From an uncultured Desulfobulbaceae bacterium (GTDB taxonomy: Bacteria > Desulfobacterota > Desulfobulbia > Desulfobulbales > BM004), in assembly GCA_947259115.1 (NCBI GenBank), contig CAMYKS010000006.1, positions 88,079-152,078 of the forward strand: a DNA stretch of 64,000 nucleotides, read 5' to 3'. The notes below the pieces were generated by a model. The model was not told the origin of the DNA, did not search any database, and worked only from the letters and a program-made list of their open reading frames with translations. Positions 58,426 through 64,000 of the stretch are shown here, one piece after another. A program made the translations under genes and the position numbers. Every line of letters starts with the position of its first letter. Positions within the stretch are counted from its first letter, which is position 1.

Positions 58426-58496
58426 AGGTTGAGATGATCCAAAGGACAAAGGCCTGGGAAGGGGTGCTTGATTCAGATGAAAAATCCTCCCACTGA
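58350..58496 (+). pseudogene. C-terminal fragment of a TolC/NodT-family efflux outer-membrane lipoprotein
   Basis: Alternative frame reads IYRALGGGWQIRDNRDPVELLPEDMKVEMIQRTKAWEGVL...*; YxALGGGW is the OMF C-terminal signature. Confidence 0.7.
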
Positions 58497-58648
58497 GAGG
58501 AAAGAAGAACATCCAACATTGAACGTTGAACATCGAATATTTAATAAAACAAAACATTGAAAACTAGAAGTCGGAATCTTCGCTTACCTCGATGTTCAAT
58601 CTTTTAATATTTTGTAGTTAAAAATAAACGGGCAAGAGGTGAAATACA

Positions 58649-59068
58649 ATGATCCTTAACATCGCCATAGCCGCTGTCATGCTGGTGGTGACAACCGCAA
58701 TCCATGCCGCAGCCATGATGCTGGGGCTACAGGCGATCAGATCGGAAGGCGCTCCCTCACTCAAGCGACTGACACGTGTTTTTCGGGTCAGCTCCATAGT
58801 CATACTTATGTCTCTTGCCGCGCTTCTGGAGGTGCTGGTCTTCGCGCTCGCCTACCTGGCCCTGAACGCCATCGAAGGTCTGGAGAAGGCCCTGTATTTT
58901 TCCATGGTCACCTTTACCACGCTGGGATACGGAGAGATTGTACTTGATGAACAGTGGCGTTTGCTGGCCTCCTTTGAGGCGGCCAACGGTATCATTATGT
59001 TCGGCTGGACCACCGCTGTAGTCATTGCCGCTGTCCAACGCATCTACTTTGGCGAAAAAACGACATAA
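58649..59068 (+). CDS. Small potassium-channel family protein (Ion_trans_2)
   Basis: Pore motif ALYFSMVTFTTLGYGE; EAANG..MFGW. Confidence 0.85.
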   Translation: MILNIAIAAVMLVVTTAIHAAAMMLGLQAIRSEGAPSLKRLTRVFRVSSIVILMSLAALLEVLVFALAYLALNAIEGLEKALYFSMVTFTTLGYGEIVLDEQWRLLASFEAANGIIMFGWTTAVVIAAVQRIYFGEKTT

Positions 59069-59268
59069 TAAATTTAAAAACATTTTATTTGTTGGGATAC
59101 GGTCTAGTTTGTAAATATCATACAGTATGCTTACATAGCCGACTTGTGATTTCTGCTATAAAAGTTGTGAATGACTCTCAAGGGTCTCATGTGTCCAGTG
59201 GATATATGGACCCTTTCTGAATGATCAAAAGGGGGGCTGCACTATAAAGAAAATCTTAAGCTTGATGA

Positions 59269-60576
59269 TTACTGTCCCTCTATTCTCTTTCTAAACCAAC
59301 GTATTAAATCAATTTTAACCACTGCCATATCAAGGTGGTATATTTCTCTGGGAAAGAGGAGCTCCGCCACCCCGGAATCAAAGATCCGCTTCACCTCGTA
59401 TTCGTCGTGGGATACATCTTTTTTATAGATGTAATCGAGGTAACTCTTATTGGTATGCACGATGAATTCGACCCGCATACCACCCATGCGCGCAAAAAAT
59501 TTCAACATAGGAGTTGATGCAGAACTGCCGATGCTGGAGCTTTTGTGCCTGGCGCCTCCCAGGGTATCGGATATATCTTCCAGGGTCATAAAAGAGTTGG
59601 CGCAGATGGCGCTTTCCGTAAGATGCTTCTGAAACAGCCGCACCTCGGCAACCGTGTCCAGGACACCCAGAAGGCCCAGCTCATCATCAACTGCTACAGC
59701 AGGATTTTCCTCATTTTTCCGCATGAGCTTCAGGACCTTAGCCTCGGGTGGTTTTTTTCTGACACTCACATAAATGGGGATTTCCCGGTCGTTTTCCTTG
59801 AAGCGTCGACGCTTGATCAGAGTCAATTTCTGGCCGGGCTCAGGTTTTATGTCGGCAGCCTCGGCCATGTTGAGGACCCGCACATCTTTACAGGAGAAAT
59901 CCTTTTGGGCATGGGTGCTTAACAGATAAAATATATCAAGCTCGCCAATTTTGATTTCCGGACTCCAGACATGGGCGTTTAAAAAGTGCAGGAAATCTGC
60001 AAATTTTGCCTCAACCTCCGTCTCCCGTTCACGCTGGTCGATGGAGCCGGCCAGGCTCATGAGGATGAGTTTGCGCTTGGCCTCAAAACGAGCCTTTTTG
60101 TGATAACGGGCATCAAACATGATGATGAGCAGTTTCACCGGGCTGCTGGTAATATCGATCTCATTGGTTATTTCAATGAAGGGGGCGTAGTTTGCCAGGA
60201 TCTTATTTTTCAGGTAGCGGATAACGTCATCAGCTGTTTTTGAGTAACTGTCAACTCTGGAAATAATTTCACGCTCGCTCCCATGTATGCCGAACATGTT
60301 CCCCAGCAGCCTGTAGGCCCGCTTTTCAACCCTCTGGCGCCTTTCCTTGTCTTGCAAAAGGTTTTGTATCTCAGAAAAGGAGCTTACATCCATGAATTCA
60401 AAGATCTGGTTCCGGGTTGCCCGGTACTTGGTAACCAATTCCTTGTCCCTGAGACATTTGGCCCTTTGGCGGGATTCAGCACTGAAAACCCTGAAACCTG
60501 GAGGCGTATCAGCCGATGCGAAAGGCCCGGTCTGCTCAAGGAGTGAATAAATTGTATTGGACCAGATATTAGACAT
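59269..60576 (-). CDS. Hypothetical protein; C-terminal half may be a divergent RelA/SpoT-like nucleotidyltransferase fold
   Basis: 435-aa ORF; RKK....LKLMRK...DDELG...VEF.VHT...HDEY pattern. Confidence 0.6.
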   Translation of the reverse strand: MSNIWSNTIYSLLEQTGPFASADTPPGFRVFSAESRQRAKCLRDKELVTKYRATRNQIFEFMDVSSFSEIQNLLQDKERRQRVEKRAYRLLGNMFGIHGSEREIISRVDSYSKTADDVIRYLKNKILANYAPFIEITNEIDITSSPVKLLIIMFDARYHKKARFEAKRKLILMSLAGSIDQRERETEVEAKFADFLHFLNAHVWSPEIKIGELDIFYLLSTHAQKDFSCKDVRVLNMAEAADIKPEPGQKLTLIKRRRFKENDREIPIYVSVRKKPPEAKVLKLMRKNEENPAVAVDDELGLLGVLDTVAEVRLFQKHLTESAICANSFMTLEDISDTLGGARHKSSSIGSSASTPMLKFFARMGGMRVEFIVHTNKSYLDYIYKKDVSHDEYEVKRIFDSGVAELLFPREIYHLDMAVVKIDLIRWFRKRIEGQ

Positions 60577-60688
60577 GGATAAGTACCTTTTTACAAACCA
60601 AGACTATCACATCTACAGCGGAGTCTTGCTCCGCTCGCTTTCCTGTCAAAGATAAATGGGCAAATTCAAATATAGCCCAATGACCTGC

Positions 60689-60807
60689 TCCGCTTATCCG
60701 AAGTCTCCACTACGTACCGCTTATCCAAAGTCTCCACTACGTTCCGCTTATCCGAAGTCTCAACTACGTTCCGCTTATCCCGAAGTCTCCACTAAGTTCC
60801 GCTTATC
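60689..60807. repeat. 27-bp tandem repeat, about 4.4 copies
   Basis: Unit TCCGCTTATCCGAAGTCTCCACTACGT, contiguous copies with minor variants and no spacers. Confidence 0.9.
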
Positions 60808-60877
60808 TGCAACAGTCTCGACTTGTATAGACGAGTTTTATGTTTGAGTCTTTTTAAGATTAGGATCTATAGGCTGA

Positions 60878-61603
60878 TTATTGAATTAAGCTGAAGAAAT
60901 TGTCAAACATTTTTATGAACTGCATCCGGACCGTGGCCTGGTACTTCTGTGCATCTTTCAGCAACGTGGTCGGGTTAATCACCTTGTCCTGTAGGGTGGC
61001 AAGCCATTTAGAGTCCATGGTGAGCCAGTTTTTTACATTTTCCGGGGCAGCGGCATGGTTGTCGAACTGCAGGCCCAGGATATGGGGGCGCCCACGCAGT
61101 GAAATTGCTTCAACCTGGCATTCAGCAGATGTGGCTAAAATGCTCAAATGGCTGGGAAGAGGCTCCTGCACAGCCTGGGCGTGCCATTTGAATAAAGGCA
61201 AATGCTGGGGAAGGTCTTTGAAAACAGGATGGGTTTTCCCTTCGTGGGTGAGAAAGCCCTGGATATAACCGATGCTGGATTGAAAATTGGGGCCGACTTT
61301 AGCTCCAAGCACATCAGCAAGCAACTGGTGCCCCAGGCAAAAGCCGAGGTAGGGAACATCCTGTGCTATGGCTTTTTTGATTGCTTTCTTTTCTGCGCTC
61401 AGAAACGGGTAGAGTTGCTCCTGGTTAACATTCGGGCCGCCGCCGAGGACTATAAGTGCCGTATAGCCTTTTAGCTCAGGGATATTTTCTTCCCAGACAT
61501 GGATGATGTCCATTTTTATTTTGTGATGCTTCGCAGCACTGAGAAGAAATTGCCCAGGCCCCTCCCATGGATTGTGCTGGAAAACAAGTACCTTTCTGGC
61601 CAT
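60878..61603 (-). CDS. Type 1 glutamine amidotransferase (GMP synthase-like GATase)
   Basis: QHNPWEGPG, VLGGG, GFCLGHQL and WH motifs; QFDNH in place of the canonical QFHPE. Confidence 0.85.
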   Translation of the reverse strand: MARKVLVFQHNPWEGPGQFLLSAAKHHKIKMDIIHVWEENIPELKGYTALIVLGGGPNVNQEQLYPFLSAEKKAIKKAIAQDVPYLGFCLGHQLLADVLGAKVGPNFQSSIGYIQGFLTHEGKTHPVFKDLPQHLPLFKWHAQAVQEPLPSHLSILATSAECQVEAISLRGRPHILGLQFDNHAAAPENVKNWLTMDSKWLATLQDKVINPTTLLKDAQKYQATVRMQFIKMFDNFFSLIQ

Positions 61604-61688
61604 AAACCGATTCTTTATCGTGTAGTAGCGTATAATTCAAAAGAAATATCTACAGTTGAGTAATCGCAGGCAACCATCCTGCGCAACC

Positions 61689-61720
61689 GGAGGCCGGCCG
61701 GGGGAGAGTGGCCGGCCTCC
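61689..61720 (-). terminator. Hairpin downstream of the porin gene
   Basis: GGAGGCCGGCC / GGCCGGCCTCC stem. Confidence 0.55.
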
Positions 61721-61768
61721 TTGCAGGGGGGAGAGGAGTTGAAACCCCATGCGACTGGTTAAAGGGTT

Positions 61769-62518
61769 TTAGAAAGCAATGCTAAGTGTTGCACCGCCAT
61801 AAATGTAGTTGTCATCGTCATCGGCGCTGCCTGCCTTGATGTAATCTTCGGCATCACTGGACAGGGAGAAGGAGTAGTTAACCTCTGGAGTGAGGGAAAA
61901 GTACTTGCCCAAAGGAAAGGTCATGCTGGCTGACACTACGCCGTTATGGAAGGCATCGTAGTCTTCACTGTCATCCAGGTAACTGACCAGGGCACCCAGG
62001 TCCAGAGTATAATTTTCAGCAATCGTAAAGCTGTGGCTGATGTCAAAGGTGATGTAATAAGCACCTGAAAAGTAATCAACATCATAGTAGAATGCCAGGG
62101 TCGGGCTGAGCAGCATGTCATAGCTCAGGGTACCGTAGATCTCCTGGGTATCATCAGTCCCATCAAGTGCATAGTAAATATAGCCGGCCCCGTAGCCGAG
62201 TTTTTCATAGGCCCCGTCATAGGACAGGGTGATATCTGTTTCATTGTACTTCGTCGTGTCCTCAGCATAGTAATCGGTGTCAAGGTTGCCCCAGAGGTTC
62301 ATGGCAAAGCCCTTATAGCCGACCGTCATGGAGGGCTGGATGACCATGGAGTCGTCACTGAGTCCAAAACCGCGCCATATATAGGCTGAATAGAAGCTGA
62401 CACTGGCTTCGGCTGAAGGAACTTCTTCCTCGGCCATTGCAGCCGGAATACCGGCTGCCAATAGAAGTGCTGTGGCTGAAATTCCAGTAATTAGTTTTTT
62501 GGTTATGCTGTAATTCAT
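61769..62518 (-). CDS. Outer-membrane beta-barrel (TorF/Gcw_chp-like) associated with glnK-amtB
   Basis: Signal peptide; SAYIWRG..LS....IQP, LWGN and ETD motifs; C-terminal Phe. Confidence 0.78.
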   Translation of the reverse strand: MNYSITKKLITGISATALLLAAGIPAAMAEEEVPSAEASVSFYSAYIWRGFGLSDDSMVIQPSMTVGYKGFAMNLWGNLDTDYYAEDTTKYNETDITLSYDGAYEKLGYGAGYIYYALDGTDDTQEIYGTLSYDMLLSPTLAFYYDVDYFSGAYYITFDISHSFTIAENYTLDLGALVSYLDDSEDYDAFHNGVVSASMTFPLGKYFSLTPEVNYSFSLSSDAEDYIKAGSADDDDNYIYGGATLSIAF

Positions 62519-62592
62519 TTTTTAGTTCTCCTTAAGTTTATTGGTTTCTCTTATCTCTACTCATGCGTAAAATACGCCTTCCTAATAATTGA

Positions 62593-63888
62593 TTATTTGC
62601 TTGTGAATTCGGGGTATGCTTCAAGGCCGCACTCTGAGATGTCTACACCTTCGAGCTCTTCCTCTTCGCTGACACGGATACCTATGACTGCTTTAATAAT
62701 GGTCCAGACTATCAAGCTTGTTCCGAATACCCAGGCAAAGATAACTCCTATACCGGTAAGCTGAGCCATTAGTGAACCTTCAGGATTGGTAAAGGCTACG
62801 GCAATCAAGCCCCAGATCCCGACAACGCCGTGAACTGAGATGGCACCTACCGGGTCGTCAAGGTGCGCCTTATCAATAAAGACGATGGAGGGTACAACGA
62901 TAAGGCCCCCAATCACACCCACTAGGGTTGCAACCATTGGAGTCGGGGTCAGAGGTTCGGCAGTAATGGCAACAAGACCGGCTAGAGCACCGTTAAGAGC
63001 CATGGTGAGATCAGCCTTGCCGAACCAGAGCTGGGAGAGCAGCAGGGCAGCAACCAGACCACCTGCTGCAGCCATATTGGTGTTAACAAAAACCATGGAG
63101 ACTGCATTGGCTTCAAGAATATTGCTTATCTTGAGCTCAGAGCCCCCGTTGAAACCAAACCATCCCATCCAGAGGATAAAGGTTCCCAGAGTAGCGAGGG
63201 GCAGGTTGGAGCCTGGGATGGCTTTGACCTTTCCACCCTCATACTTGCCTTTCCGTGCCCCAAGAATCAGAACACCTGCAAGGGCAGCCGAGGCTCCACA
63301 GAGATGAACGACACCGGAACCGGCAAAGTCCAGGAAGCCAAGGCTGTCAAGAAAACCTCCGCCCCACTTCCAGTACCCTTCAACAGGGTAAATAAACCCG
63401 GTAAGGACGATGGCGAAAAGAAGAAAACTCCAGAGTTTCATTCTTTCGGCAACCGCACCTGATACAATAGACATAGCTGCGCCTACGAAAACGACCTGGA
63501 AGAAAAAGTCTGACATGGAGGAATAATAGGTTTCGCCGCCGCTTTTCAACACTGCGTCTACAGCATTGTCGGCACCAAGCAAAAAACTGAAACCAGGAAT
63601 AAAGCCATTGGGACCTCCACCGTACATAATGTTATATCCAACAAGCATGTACATGATACTGGCTATTGCGTATAAGGCAATATTTTTGGTTAAAATTTCA
63701 ACAACATTCTTACTGCGAACAAGACCTGCCTCCAGCATAGCAAACCCACAAGCCATCCACATGACCAGAGCGCCGGACATGAGAAAGTAGAAGGTGTCAA
63801 TAGAATAAGCCAGGTTAATGAGGGTGTCGCCCACACTTGGCTCCTCCACGGCCAGCGTCATTAATGATAAAATAGTTATGCGTTTCAT
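62593..63888 (-). CDS. amtB: Ammonium transporter
   Basis: MACGFAMLEAG, FFFQVVF, SGAVAER, DFAGSGVVH, GWFGFNGGS and DDPVGAISVH motifs. Confidence 0.96.
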   Translation of the reverse strand: MKRITILSLMTLAVEEPSVGDTLINLAYSIDTFYFLMSGALVMWMACGFAMLEAGLVRSKNVVEILTKNIALYAIASIMYMLVGYNIMYGGGPNGFIPGFSFLLGADNAVDAVLKSGGETYYSSMSDFFFQVVFVGAAMSIVSGAVAERMKLWSFLLFAIVLTGFIYPVEGYWKWGGGFLDSLGFLDFAGSGVVHLCGASAALAGVLILGARKGKYEGGKVKAIPGSNLPLATLGTFILWMGWFGFNGGSELKISNILEANAVSMVFVNTNMAAAGGLVAALLLSQLWFGKADLTMALNGALAGLVAITAEPLTPTPMVATLVGVIGGLIVVPSIVFIDKAHLDDPVGAISVHGVVGIWGLIAVAFTNPEGSLMAQLTGIGVIFAWVFGTSLIVWTIIKAVIGIRVSEEEELEGVDISECGLEAYPEFTSK

Positions 63889-63920
63889 TATGGTTTCTCC
63901 TTTAATTACAAAATTGTAAA

Positions 63921-64000
63921 TTATATAGCGTCCTTGCCTTTTTCGCCGGTCCTGACCCTGATAACTTCCTCAACAGGCAGGACAAATATTTTGCCATCTC
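63921..64000 (-). CDS. glnK: P-II nitrogen regulatory protein, C-terminal end (truncated by window edge)
   Basis: Reverse strand reads DGKIFVLPVEEVIRVRTGEKGKDAI*; directly upstream of amtB. Confidence 0.9.
   Translation of the reverse strand, partial: DGKIFVLPVEEVIRVRTGEKGKDAI

Noticed and set aside
60689-60807. Possible CRISPR array
   Set aside because: Units are contiguous with no unique spacers, and there are no cas genes in the window
63840-63888. Unusually short AmtB N-terminal signal region as another deletion
   Set aside because: Amt N-termini are highly variable; cannot be judged without homolog alignment

Overview
A 64 kb chromosomal segment, probably from a Desulfobacterota (Desulfobulbales-like) anaerobe; this taxonomy is inferred from gene content. 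It opens with the end of a PilB/GspE ATPase, then smpB and ssrA (tmRNA). An ~8.8 kb integrase-less island follows (GIY-YIG nuclease, Fic protein, RND efflux operon), closed by a damaged copy of the ssrA 3' end. Next come housekeeping and redox genes: elbB, hpt, bioD, hdrC-ferredoxin/mvhD/metV, mobBA, moeB, MoxR/VWA, moaD and an internally deleted aldehyde:ferredoxin oxidoreductase. The most interesting part is a ~12.7 kb block bracketed by 100-bp direct repeats (27473-40286). It encodes an unannotated 35-aa Cys-Cys RiPP-like (geopeptide-type) precursor, a radical SAM/SPASM maturase, an MFS transporter, a TonB-dependent receptor, a periplasmic binding protein, a histidine kinase, a LuxR-type response regulator and an HD-GYP protein. 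The precursor and HD-GYP units share an identically spaced triple-TACGTA upstream motif, which suggests a peptide autoinduction (quorum-sensing-like) circuit wired to c-di-GMP. The rest contains a TIR-TM-WD40 gene with a SLATT-like remnant, mutM, a Crp/Fnr regulator, cvpA, manC, a deletion-collapsed sigma54-regulated locus containing a TA pair, and the end of a glnK-amtB-porin operon. All family assignments come from motif recognition by eye; no database searches were run.
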